DNA of 64,000 nt from Candidatus Hydrogenedentota bacterium (GTDB taxonomy: Bacteria; Hydrogenedentota; Hydrogenedentia; Hydrogenedentales; SLHB01). Position 1 is the stretch's first letter, and every line of letters starts with the position of its first letter. The stretch lies in NCBI GenBank assembly GCA_963674865.2, contig CAXXYE010000007.1:256001-320000 (forward strand), read 5' to 3'. A program made the translations under genes and the position numbers. Below, in pieces: positions 11,723-23,034 of this stretch. Below the pieces are notes generated by a model. The model worked only from the letters and a program-made list of their open reading frames with translations, was not told the origin of the DNA and ran no database searches.

Positions 11723-14700
11723 ATGGCGCGTTACACCGAAGGAGAGCGTCCTTTGATTACGAAGTCTGGCTACGCAAGGACATGGGGCGGAGCATGCATA
11801 TTCGCTCTGCTTGTCGTGTTTTCATCACTTGCCCTCGCGGAGGAGCAGGTTCTCTATCGCGTCAACGCCGGCGGCCCGGACTACACGGATTCCGTTGGGC
11901 AGCTTTGGCAGTCCGACGATTCCTTTGTCGGCTCCGGCTCGTCGTACTCGACCACCGCCGCCATCGCCGGGACCTCTGAGCAGGCGCTTTATCAGTCAGA
12001 ACGTTGGGGAGGATCATGGGAACCGGCAATGCATTACAGCTTCTCGGTTGATCCGGGCACGTACACTGTTCGCCTTCACTTCGCTGAGATATACAGCGGG
12101 ATCAGCACCGGTAACCCCAGAGGTCTTCGATGTCGGCATTGAGGGGCGCGATCGTTCTCAATGATTACGATATCTTCGGGACGGTCGGCTATGCCGTCGC
12201 CGTTGTCGAGGAGTTCCCGGGCGTTGTCGTAACGGACACCACCCTCGATATCGAATTCCTCCACGTGTTGGAGAATCCGAAGATCTCCGCCATCGAAATA
12301 GCTGCCAACCTGACGCCCCGCGCCCACTGCGGACGTCGCGCGCCCGACCCCATTGACTTCGGTACGACGGAACTCCCTGACGCGCCTTTACCCATTTCGA
12401 TTACCGTTGCCAACACGGGCGATGCAGACCTCCACGTCTCCGGTGTGTCGATCTTGGGCACGGACAGTGCCCCTGTTCGATACCGACGCGGCCCCCACCC
12501 TACACCATCGCCCCCGGAGGCAGTACTTCCTTCTCGGTTAGCTTCCTCTCGCCCGATGTTGCGGGCTCATACGCCGGCCTGTTGGAAGTCGTGTCGGATG
12601 CCCCCGACAGCCCGGCGTCACTGCCCATCAACGCGGACCTCATTGAGCCTGCGGCCCCCGCGCTCGATGTGACGCCCTCGGCCATTGATTTTGGCCAAGT
12701 TACGGAAGGCAGCGCCTCAGCGGATGAGACCCTTGTCTTGAAGAATATCGGCGGCAGCACGCTTACCGTCACCTCCCTCAGTCTCTCTGGAACCCATGCG
12801 TCGGATTTCGAGATCGTTTACGACCCGGTGCCCTTCTCCCTCGCTCCCCAGGCCTCGACAGACGTGCTCGTTGCCCTTACGCCTTCGGCGATAGGCGCTC
12901 GCAACGCCGCGATTACCATCGTGTCGGACGACCCGGCCGGCGGCGTCATCGTGCCGCTCACCGGTGAGGGGGTGGCCCCCGCAACGGAGGAGGTGCTGTA
13001 CCGGATCAACGCGGGCGGGCCGGACTATACCGACCCGGACGGCAAACCTGTGGGTTGCTGATGGCCCGTACGTAACCAGCGGCAGCACCTACATCGACGG
13101 TACGGCCATCGACAACACCGTTATGGACCCGCTGTACCAAAGCGAACGGTGGGTCGGTTCCTGGCAAGCGCCCATGGTGTACACGATCCCAGTGGAGCCC
13201 GGCGACTACGCCGTGCGCCTCCATTTCGCCGAGATCTACACGGCATCAATGCCGGCAACCCCCGCGTCTTTGACGTGTACGTCGAGGACAGCCCGTCCTG
13301 ACCAACTACGACATCTACGGCACGGTCGGGTATTTCTTCGCGACCGTCGAGCAGGCCGATGTGACCGTGGCGGACTCCGCGCTCGAGATTACCTTCGGCT
13401 ATGTCCAGGAGAACCCCAAGATCTCCGCCATTGAGATTATCCGCTTGGCCGCGGCGGGCCCTACGCCCAAGCTGCGCGCGACCCCCGCCCAGGTGGACTT
13501 CGGCGATGTGGCCGTGGGCAAGACTTCCGCCGCGAGCATCGTCACGCTCGAAAACGCGGGAACCGCCGACCTTGAGATTTCCTCGCTGAGTCTGAGCGGC
13601 GCGCAGCCCGCGGCATTTGGACTGACCAGCGCCACGCTGCCCATTGTGCTGGCGCCCGGCGCCACATCCGACGTTTCTATGACCCTTACCCCCGACGCCG
13701 AAGGCCCCTTAGCCGCAACGCTCGACATTTGCCTCGACCGACCCGGGCAGTCCCGCGCAAGTGCCGCTTTCCGGTGTCGGCGTCATCGTGCCGATAGTCT
13801 CAGTTGACTCGACTTCCCTGAACTTCGGCGACCTGACCGTCGGCGACACGAGTCCTGTGCTGACGCTGACGGTAACGAATATCGACACGCAAACCCACAA
13901 CCTGCACATGGTTGAACTCGTCGGAACAGACCCTGGCGACTTCGCGATTGTCTCTGCCCCGGCCACGCCGGTGGATATCGCGCCAGGAGCAACCTTCACC
14001 GTCGATGTCAGCTTTGCTCCTATCGCCGAAGGGCTGAGAGAAGCCGAGGTAAAACTCCACTTCGACTCCCACGGCACGCATGTCTACGTGCCCATCCAGG
14101 GCAACGGCACGGCTCCGCCGCCGGTGTTCTCTGTGACCCCGTCGTCACTGGATTTCAGCACGGTGGAGGTCGGCACGACCTCGCCGTACCAGACGATCAC
14201 TGTTACCAACATCGATTCGTCTTCCCACAACCTCGAACTTGTCGATCTTGTGGGGCCCGAAGCCGCTGACTTCTCTGTGGTGGGCGTTCCGTCAACGCCG
14301 GTCGATATCGCCCCGAGTTCCTCCGTAACGGTGGATGTGGCTTTCGCTCCGTCTCTCGCCGGATTGCGCGAGGCGAGCGTTGCGCTTCACTTCGACGCTG
14401 ATGCCTTGCATGTCTACGTGCCCGCCTCCGGTACGGGCGAGCTCCCGGCGCCGGTGACAAGCGTGCTCTACCGAGTCAACGCGGGCGGGCCCGACTATAC
14501 CGACGCGGAGGGCAACCTGTGGCTGGCTGACGCGGGCTATTACAACACCGGCTATGCCTTCTCTACCGGCAATGCCGTCAGCGGCACGGACAAGACGCCT
14601 CTCTATCAAACCGAACGCTGGGATGAAGCAGCGGCGCCTGAAATGGCCTACAGCTTTGCCGTCGATCCCGGACGCTACCAGGTGACGCTCCATTTCGCGG

Positions 14701-17700
14701 AAATCTATGACGGCATTACCGGCGCGGGACAGCGCGTCTTCGATGTTGCCGCGGAGGGCCAGTTGGTTCTCGACGACTACGATATCTTCGCCGCGGCCGG
14801 ATACCTGGCCGCCGTGGCCGAATCCTTTGAGGTCGATGTCGCCGACGGCAGCCTCGATGTCGAGTTTCTGCACCAGGTCGAGAACCCCAAAATCTCAGCC
14901 ATCGAAGTCGCCTCCGTGGGCCAGGTAAAGGCGGATGTCTACCAGTTGAGCTGGGGCCACGTCTCCGTCGGCGCCGTCGGCGACACGAAATACGTCGCCC
15001 TGACGAACACCGGCGATTCTCAGGTGACCATTTCCACCCTCAGCTTTCTGATCAACCAGGGCGTCGGCCACGATTTCACGGCCACTCTGGCCGGAAACGA
15101 CTACACGGGTGACCACCTCGACGTGACGCACGATGTCTTCCTCACGTTAGCGCCCCAGGCATCTGTGGTTGTGCCCGTCGTTTTCACGCCGACAGAGGAA
15201 TCGGACAACAACGTCACCCTGGAATTCGGCGGTGATTTCGCCCCAGTGCCCATCTCGCTCCTCGGGATCGGCGGCGACTATACGGCCACCCGTATCTCCA
15301 CGTCGTGATTGGCGTCGATCCCTTCGCCGTGGACTACGATCAGGACGGCTTTGAGGACATCTATCTCGAGGGTGAGTACTCCCATACGCACGAAGTTGGT
15401 CACGTGCTCACGGCATATGAGTGGAGCGCGGGCGGCGTCGCCTTCGCATCGACGGCCAACACGACGGCTTCCTTCCCTGTTGGCGAACACACCGTCGCCC
15501 TGAGAATCTGGGATGACAACGAGCCGCCTGAAACGCTCAGTGCCGAGGCGTCCTTCACTGTCGCCGCCCCCGACGCCGTACCGGGCGTCCTGGCCCTCTA
15601 CTACGACGGCGCCACCGCGGGGCCTGCCGCTCTCCTCGGTGCTGTCCCCGCCAATGCGGACTTCGCTGAAACCCTTCCAGGCCTTCTTGTCGAGAACCAA
15701 GGCGGATACGTGGGCGGCTCTCCATTCACCGAGGACGCGATGGTTCGCCTGCTCGGCGAAGTCAACATCACCGCGAGCGGCTCTTACGAGTTCGCCGCCA
15801 TCGGCGGAAGCGATGCGCGCCTGTTCGTTGGCGGCGTGGCCGTGACGGGCCCTGTTGCCCTCGATCCGGGTGGCTATGCAGTCGACGCCCGCTTTGCGGT
15901 CGCAACGCTCGCCGATCTGCCCGTGGCGGTCGAGTACGCCGTGGCCGGCGGTGCGTTTACGCCCATTGACGGCGGGCTGCTGATCCACGACCAGACAGCG
16001 ATGAAGCCCGTGATCAACGACATGCCCTCCGAGGGCATCGACCTGGGCGGATACGTCGTCACCATTGCTGGCCTGGGCTTCTTCCCCACGGACGAAGTCA
16101 TCGTACATTGGGGGGACGTGGACTACACGGGAGTCGACCTCACGGTAACGCCTACGGCCGTCACCGTGGTGGTTCCGCCGGGCGCCGGAACCGTCGTCGT
16201 CACCGTCGAAACGCCCAACGGCGTGAGTAACGTCAGAACGTTCACTTACTCGGCCACCGGGCCTGTGCCCGTCAACTTCACCTTGTCTGACTTGGCGACA
16301 GGCATCCCTGCCCCCACCGTGGCCACCTGGGGCCAGGACGGCCGCCTCTACGTCGGCGGCATCACCGGTACGATCACGGCCCTCACGTTCGATGACAACT
16401 ACAACCTGGTCGACAGCCAGGTCATCAACACCTTAGAGAGCGCCGGCAACCCGAACATTCTCGGCATTGCGGCCAACCCGCTCGACCCACCTGGCACGGT
16501 TCGGATCTATGTCGCGCACAGCCTGCTCTTCGCCAACGGCGGCACGTGTTTCGAAGGCATCTCACCGTATTCGGGCGAGATCTCCGTGCTGACCGGACCC
16601 GATTTCGACGTGGCCGAGCCCCTCATCACCGGACTTCCCGTGTCGAACCATGACCACGGCGTGAACGGACTTCAGTTCGATAACAACGGCGACCTATACA
16701 TCGCCGTGGGTGGCAACACCAACGCCGGCATCCCCGACTGCAATATCGGCGGCACCGACGAGTCGCCTCTCAGCGCCGCCGTCCTCAAAGCCGAGATCTC
16801 GAAGCCGGACTTCAACGGCGAAGTCGTCTACGTTGAATCGGCAACAGGCGCCGTCAGCATGGACCAAGTCTACGGCGGCATCGTCGATGTCGCCGACGGT
16901 GTGGATGTCCACGTATTCGGAGCGGGCTTCCGGAATCCCTTCGACCTGGTCTTCACGCAGAGTGGCCGCCTATACAACACGGAGAATGGCCCGAACCTTG
17001 GATTTGGCCCTGCCTCCACCGGCCCCGACACGCAGACCGACTCCGATGTTACCCACGACGACGAACTCAACCTACTCGAACTCGGCAATTACTACGGCCA
17101 TCCCAACCGCAACCGTGGCCGGTATGACGAGCGCCAGTATGTCTATCACGACAATATCGAGGCGCCTGTCTTGGGCGAGTTCACGCAGGCCTTGGCCACC
17201 TTCGAGGCTTCCACGAACGGGCTCATCGAGTACACGGCGGACACCTTCAACGGCGCCATGCGCGGCGACCTCATCGCCCAGAAATGGAACGGCCCCACCC
17301 ACCGGATCGAATTGACCCCGGACGGACGCGCCGTTGCCGCCAAGACCGACCTGCCCGTCAGCATGAACTGCCTCGACATTGTTCAGGGACCCGGAGGCGT
17401 CATCATCGGAGCGGATTACTCAGACAACAAGCTGGTGATCGCCAGACCCGTGGACATCGCGGCCACCGGCCTCACTGCGTACGACATCCGGCCATGGCGC
17501 GCTCCCGCAACGGGCGGACACAGCTTCGTCATCGGCGGCAGCGGCTTCGGTGACCTGGCCAACACGTCAGTGACCATTGGCGGCGTCCCAGCCACCGTGC
17601 AGTACGTTACCCCCAGCGCCATCCACGGCCTGATCCCGGCGGCCGCCGCTCCGACGGCAGACTTCCTCGATGTGGCGGTTACCGTCGGCGGCGTGACGAA

Positions 17701-18646
17701 GATTCTCACCAATGGCTTCCGGTACCTCTTCCCCGAAGGACAGGATGACACCGAGGCTGCCGCACACATGGTGGTTGACCCCGGCAGCACGATTCTGGGA
17801 AGCAGCACCTACAACGCCAACTCATTCCTGCTGACCAATGCCTCTACCCGCGGCCAGAAGATCGAGCGCATCCGGTTCGATCTCCGGACCAGCATCTTCC
17901 CCGACATCGTCTTCGACCCGGATGGAATCGCCGGCGACCCCGTCGGCAAGCCGTTCACGGCAGACACCGACCCCGGCCTGGGATTGGCCGGCGACGCGAC
18001 GTGGCAGTGGCATGACGATGGATACGACGTGCTTGAAGTCGCCTTCAACGACTTCGACCCCGGCGAAACACTCGGTTTCTCAATTGACGTCGACCCGACC
18101 AGTATCCGCGGCGCGACGCCGCCCGGACCCAACGATTCGGGCAGCATTTCAGGACTCGAAATGACCGGCGCTACCGTAACCGTCCATTTCGACGATGGGA
18201 CCGCCCTTGTCGGTTATCCCTACCGTATTGTTGGGAGCGACACCGGCTCCGAAGTACTGCTTATGGCGGGGCTGCCGCCCAAGCCATCCGTCGAAGTGCT
18301 CGGCATCGCAGTCCCGGCAACGACCACGAACGCAGGTCAGACCGTGCGTGTGGCCGGACCGGTAGGCTATGACGTGTCCCTGCTTGTTGTCGAAGGCGCG
18401 CTATACGTCGACGGCGTGCCTGGCGGCGGCTATGACCTCGATCCCTACGAGGCGAACACCGCCATCAACGTAACCGAATACAGCGGCGTCATTGGCGGGG
18501 GAGGCTACGTGGATCTGCCCGTCACCTTGACCCAGTCCGATGCGCCCGATGGAGGCCTGAACTACATCACGGCCGTGCTCGTCGCGCCCGGCGGCGCTAC
18601 CGGGCCGACGGCCGACCCACTCGTGCTCCAACTGGATCCGCCCTGA
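11723..18646 (+). CDS. giant surface protein: 3 malectin domains, multiple ASH/choice-of-anchor-D Ig domains, PKD-like, IPT/TIG, glucose/sorbosone-dehydrogenase-like propeller (at least 8 single-base frameshifts)
   Basis: LYRVNAGG...VRLHFAEIY...ENPKISAIE occurs three times; DFG...T.TN.G Ig repeats; HGVNGLQF and GFRNPFDL propeller motifs. ORF pieces 11723, 12130, 12582, 12964, 13361, 13761 and 15305 join by +/-1 indels. Confidence 0.8.
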
Positions 18647-18744
18647 GGACCAGGCGGGTGGGCGGAAAGCCATCGAATACAGGAGGCCGAGAGCGTTGAG
18701 GATTCACACAGAAAGACTTGCAAGTGTCTTCAGGCCGGACATCA

Positions 18745-18898
18745 GTGTTCTGACTCATAATTGACGTTGCTTATCTGCAGATGAAAAAGCGCCAAAAATG
18801 AGCGAAAAACCGGGACTGACACAAGCGAAGCGAAGACGTGTCTGTCCCTGCTTTTCGCGGCAAGAATAAGACGCCACCAGCGTGAGTCACACCACTAG
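18745..18898 (+). repeat. MITE/REP-like element with GGGACTG...CTGTCCC palindromic core
   Basis: Left part homologous to 52961-53067, core homologous (inverted) to 61234-61297, right part homologous to 53-110. Confidence 0.8.
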
Positions 18899-18933
18899 AC
18901 GTTCATCGCTCAGTCCCGTCCCATAGAGCCCCA

Positions 18934-18979
18934 AGGCGGCGCGGGCGCCGCAACCCACCCCGCGCCGCCTCCTCCCTTT
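18934..18979 (+). terminator. GC-rich hairpin, possible terminator
   Basis: 12-bp stem aggcggcgcggg/cccgcgccgcct followed by a pyrimidine tract. Confidence 0.45.
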
Positions 18980-19086
18980 CCGGTACCGGACAAGCGCTCG
19001 CGTCGCCAAAGCAAAGAATACGGCGGCGATTCACGATGTTGGGGAGGCCGTTGCGTTCCCTCGTCCTATTTGGCAGAGACTAGACT

Positions 19087-19845
19087 GCGCGCCCGCGCCG
19101 TGTTTGGAGTTCAAGCTTCAGCTTGCTCGGCGCCCTCTGCCCAACATCCATCAGCCCGCCGTGGCGGGCGGCATAATCGCCCCTCAGCGCTCCGCTGCCT
19201 TGAAACGCTCGCCGAATCCGTTCTCGCGCTCGAACACCGGCATCTTGCCGGCCGTCAAGCCGTCGCCGCGGTTATGCATTGAGCAGCCTCTCCGCGCCCG
19301 CGGCGTGTTTGGAGTTCAAGCTTTAGCTTGATTGACGCCCCCTTTGCGCGTGTCCGCCCGGTTGTGGTGCCTGCATCTTGCCGGCCGTCAAGCCGCCGCG
19401 GTTATGCATTGAGCAGCCTGTCCGCGCCCGTGCCGTGTTTGGAGTTCAAGCTTTGGCTTGCTTGACGCTCCCTTTGCGCATGTCCGCCCGGTTGTGGCAC
19501 CGGCATCTTGCCTGTCGTCAAGCCGCCGCGGTTGTCTATTGGGCAGCCTGTCCGCGCCCGTGGTGTGTTTGGAGTTCAAGCTTTAGCTTGCTTGACGCCC
19601 CCTTTGCGCGTGTCCGCCCGGTTGTGGTGCCTGCATCTTGCCGGCCGTCAAACCGCCGCGGTGGTACTCGAGCAGTCTGTCCGCGCCCGCGGCGTGTTTG
19701 GAGTTCAAGCTTCAGCTTGATTGGCCGCCCCCGGCCCCGCATCCATCAGCCCGCCGTGGCGGGCGGCATGCATTAGCCCCGGGCGTAAGCCCGGGGACGA
19801 GGCCGCCACCCCCAGTACCCAGCCCCGTCAGGGGCGGCATAATCC
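19087..19845. repeat. BIME-like tandem array of palindromic repeats (about 130-bp unit)
   Basis: GGAGTTCAAGCTT at 19106, 19311, 19441, 19571 and 19700 (spacings 205, 130, 130, 129). Units are near-identical and interleaved with GCATCTTGCC motifs. Confidence 0.92.
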
Positions 19846-19858
19846 ACCCGAACGCCCC

Positions 19859-20746
19859 TCAGCGCTCCTCCGCCTTGAACGGCTCGCCGAATCCGTTCTT
19901 GCGCTCGAACACCGGCATCTTGCCGGCCTCCACAAGCGCCCCATACCGATGCGGCCGCCGGTACGCGTTTCCCCAGATCGTCTTGCTGCGATGCTCGCGG
20001 ATCTTGTCGAGGTCGAAGGTTGCCAGGTAGATGCCCTCCGCCTCACCCGCCTCGACCACGAGCGCCCCGCGCGCGTCGAAGGCCGCGCTGTGCCCGTTAT
20101 TCTTCGGCGCGGGATAGTTCGTCATGGCCACCGCGACCGCATTCTCGAAGGCGCGCGTCTTGAACTGATCGAGCCGCAATTGATCCAAACCGCACGCATT
20201 CGGCGTCAGGACAAGTTCCGCACCCTTCAACATGAGGATACGCGCACTCTCCGGCGCCTCGCGGTCGTAGCAGATCATCGCCCCTACCTGCAACGGCCCC
20301 GCTGCCGTATCGAGTTCCGCGACGTAGAAATCATCCCCAGGCGTGCACGACGCCTCCATCGTCCCGAAATCGCACGTGTGTACCTTCGCGTACGTCATGA
20401 GCATGACCCCGTGGCGATCGATGAGGCTCACCGAATTCCGCGGCATGCCGTCCCATTTCTCGAGATACGTGACGGCGATGGCCATATCGAGTTCCTTGGC
20501 CAGCGCCGCAAAACGCTTCACGTATTCTCCATCGCGCGGAACCGCCTGCGATTGCCAGGCTGTCCTCGTCTCCGGCGCATCGCCCTCAAACTTCGTGTAG
20601 CCGACATTCCACATCTCCGGCATCAGCGCGATATCGGTGCCCATCGCCGCCGCGCGCCGGCAAAACGCCACGGCCTTTTCCATATTGGCCGATTGGTTAT
20701 CCGTGTCTGGGAACATTTGGAGCAAAGCGACGACTACCGAGGCCAT
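19859..20746 (-). CDS. carbon-nitrogen hydrolase (nitrilase superfamily)
   Basis: Glu-Lys-Cys triad: MPEMW, YAKVH, MICYD; RBS ggagga. Confidence 0.92.
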   Translation of the reverse strand: MASVVVALLQMFPDTDNQSANMEKAVAFCRRAAAMGTDIALMPEMWNVGYTKFEGDAPETRTAWQSQAVPRDGEYVKRFAALAKELDMAIAVTYLEKWDGMPRNSVSLIDRHGVMLMTYAKVHTCDFGTMEASCTPGDDFYVAELDTAAGPLQVGAMICYDREAPESARILMLKGAELVLTPNACGLDQLRLDQFKTRAFENAVAVAMTNYPAPKNNGHSAAFDARGALVVEAGEAEGIYLATFDLDKIREHRSKTIWGNAYRRPHRYGALVEAGKMPVFERKNGFGEPFKAEER

Positions 20747-20795
20747 AGCGGTATCTCCTCCTGTGAAATCCTTCAATCTTTACGTCGAAGTGGCT

Positions 20796-21848
20796 TCAGG
20801 CCCCGCCTTCGCCGCACGCCCGTGCCCACGCCTCGCGCGTGGCCCGAACGAAGGTGTCCATGTTCTCCTCCGGTGTGTCGCGGGGAACCATTTCGCCGGA
20901 ATTCATTACGTGGCCGCCGTGCAGGCTGACGTTTGTGATGACTCGCTCAACCTCGCTACGGACATCGTCCGGCGTGCCCCGGTACAGCACAGCCAGGGGA
21001 TCGACATTTCCGCAGAGGCAGACGCGCCCCGCGGCTACCTCCCGCGCCTCCTCGATGGCCAAGCCGGGCCCCACACTCAGTATCGACAGCCCCATCGCCG
21101 CTTGCAGATCGAGCATCGCGGGGAGTTCCTCGCTGGCATGATAGATCACGATGCCCCCGGCCTCTTTATAGGCGTCCGACACCCGCCGGGCGGGCTCCAT
21201 GGCGAAAGCCTTGTAGTTGTCGGGACTGATGAGGTGCCCCGACGCATTGCAGTCGCCGTACCATAGGGCGTCGGCCCCCGCCGCGAGCTGATCGAGTCCG
21301 AACCGAGTCTGGTACTCCTCAAAGAACGTGCTGGCTTCCGCGACGAACTCGGGCCTGTCGTAGAGAAGCATCATCACCTCGCTGATACCGAAGGCCAGCG
21401 CCAGCGAACTGAACGGCGCGGCCGTCCGGCCCGTCACGCAAACCTTGTCGCCGAAATGGCTCTTCACCTCGCTGATAGCGTCCAGCAGCACGGCCATCCG
21501 ACCCTCCACGCGATAGCCGTGTTCGCGGAGCCGCGCCAGGGCCTCGTCCGTGGGGGGGAGGTAATCGCACGTAGCCGGCAGAATATCCCCACCGCCCTTG
21601 ACGCCCACGCCCAGCGGCTCGAACTCGAGGCAGTCATCCACCTGGAGCCACGCCCAGTCATAGTCGAATCGCTCGACCGCCTCAATCTGGACACGCGCCA
21701 TCTCATGCGCGTCAGAGTTGTACCGATCGTACCGGCTTCCGCACACGCGTACGTCCATCTCCTCGCTGCAACAGAACACCGGCATGTTGGCCGGCCGCCC
21801 CATCGCCACCGCCTTGCGAATATCTTCGAGAACCCCTTGATATGCCAC
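20796..21848 (-). CDS. uroporphyrinogen decarboxylase family protein (MtaA/CmuA-like)
   Basis: APFS, IYHA, CLCGNVDP, GTPDDV, NSGEMVPRDTPEEN; RBS gggagg. Confidence 0.85.
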   Translation of the reverse strand: MAYQGVLEDIRKAVAMGRPANMPVFCCSEEMDVRVCGSRYDRYNSDAHEMARVQIEAVERFDYDWAWLQVDDCLEFEPLGVGVKGGGDILPATCDYLPPTDEALARLREHGYRVEGRMAVLLDAISEVKSHFGDKVCVTGRTAAPFSSLALAFGISEVMMLLYDRPEFVAEASTFFEEYQTRFGLDQLAAGADALWYGDCNASGHLISPDNYKAFAMEPARRVSDAYKEAGGIVIYHASEELPAMLDLQAAMGLSILSVGPGLAIEEAREVAAGRVCLCGNVDPLAVLYRGTPDDVRSEVERVITNVSLHGGHVMNSGEMVPRDTPEENMDTFVRATREAWARACGEGGA

Positions 21849-21881
21849 GGACGAATACCTCCCTTCGTAGTGCTCCCCGCG

Positions 21882-22841
21882 TCAGCCGGACTTGACGATC
21901 TCTTTCACCAGATTCATACGCACGCTATACGTGCGATCCTGGAAGACAACATAGTAATAGGGCGACTTCTCCACGACCTGATCGGCCGGCTGCGTCAGCC
22001 CGCTGTGAAAACGGATAATGTAACGCGCTCCCTCCGCGCCCGGCACATAGCTCGAGCCTGGCCGTTTGGCGCCGGCTAACAGCTTGGGCGTTACCCCTTC
22101 CCGCTCGAACCGTGCGCGGAATGCCTGCACATTTCGGATATATTGCCGCGTCTCCGGAAAGGGCGGCACGCCCTTGTACTTCTTCACCGTCTCCGGCCCC
22201 GCGTTATACGCCGCCAGCGCCAAGTCGAGGTTGTTGTGGAACAGACGCAGCATCCTCGCGAGATACTGCGTGCCCCCGGCGATATTCTGGGCCGGGTCGA
22301 ATGGATCGCCCACGTGCATAGCCGCCGCCGTCCCCGGCATCAATTGCATCAGGCCCCGCGCCCCTTTCGGCGACACCGCGTAAGGATCGAAGTTGCTCTC
22401 CGCCCGGATCACCGCCAGGATGAGACTAGGGGCCAGTCCGTAGCGCCGGGCGTATCGCTGCACCAGGTGCTCGATATCGGCCGAAGAGTAGCTTGTCGCA
22501 TTCGTCTTCTTCAGGCGCCCCGGCACGACAATCGGATCATATTCGATCTCGACTGCCGTGTACCCCGGCAGGTTGCCGTAGAGGTCGTGCTGGTTCGTAA
22601 GCGTGGACACCCCGCGCTCATCGATGTATTCCACGCCCTTCTGCATCGGGATAGTCTGTGCTTGCGATGCCGGGGCTGTCTTGCGAGGAACACCCGTGCC
22701 CGTGATGTCAACGGCAGCGTTCCCTTCCGCACCGGACGCAATATCGGCCAAGAACCCCGCGCAGAACAACACACACAGAGGTGCTGCTGCGACCCGGCCG
22801 GCAATGTGTCCTATAGATGCACGCCTGAGAAGTGCTTTCAT
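21882..22841 (-). CDS. lytic transglycosylase (SLT domain), secreted; start uncertain
   Basis: AVIRAESNFDPYAVSPKGARGLMQLMP, ALAAYNAG, ETRQY. Confidence 0.9.
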   Translation of the reverse strand: MKALLRRASIGHIAGRVAAAPLCVLFCAGFLADIASGAEGNAAVDITGTGVPRKTAPASQAQTIPMQKGVEYIDERGVSTLTNQHDLYGNLPGYTAVEIEYDPIVVPGRLKKTNATSYSSADIEHLVQRYARRYGLAPSLILAVIRAESNFDPYAVSPKGARGLMQLMPGTAAAMHVGDPFDPAQNIAGGTQYLARMLRLFHNNLDLALAAYNAGPETVKKYKGVPPFPETRQYIRNVQAFRARFEREGVTPKLLAGAKRPGSSYVPGAEGARYIIRFHSGLTQPADQVVEKSPYYYVVFQDRTYSVRMNLVKEIVKSG

Positions 22842-23034
22842 TGGCCAGAGTATAGGCAACCTTCCCGACGGACTTCCAGGGGCCTAGACGCGATGTCGTG
22901 CAAGTTTCTTCCGGAGAGGCGCAAGGACAAACGCTCAGACACTTGTACCCGGTGAGAAGATATGGCATTCCGAAGGCCAGTGGGATTTTCGGAATCAATT
23001 CTGTTAATCCTGTCTGAAAAGACTCCGTATTGCC

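Noticed and set aside
19178..19253. DGR TR/VR pair with the nitrilase 3' end
   Set aside because: The mismatches are not confined to adenines of either copy, and the fold is not a DGR target type.
19087..19845. CRISPR array
   Set aside because: The intervening sequences are near-identical rather than unique spacers, the period is 130 bp, and no cas genes are present.
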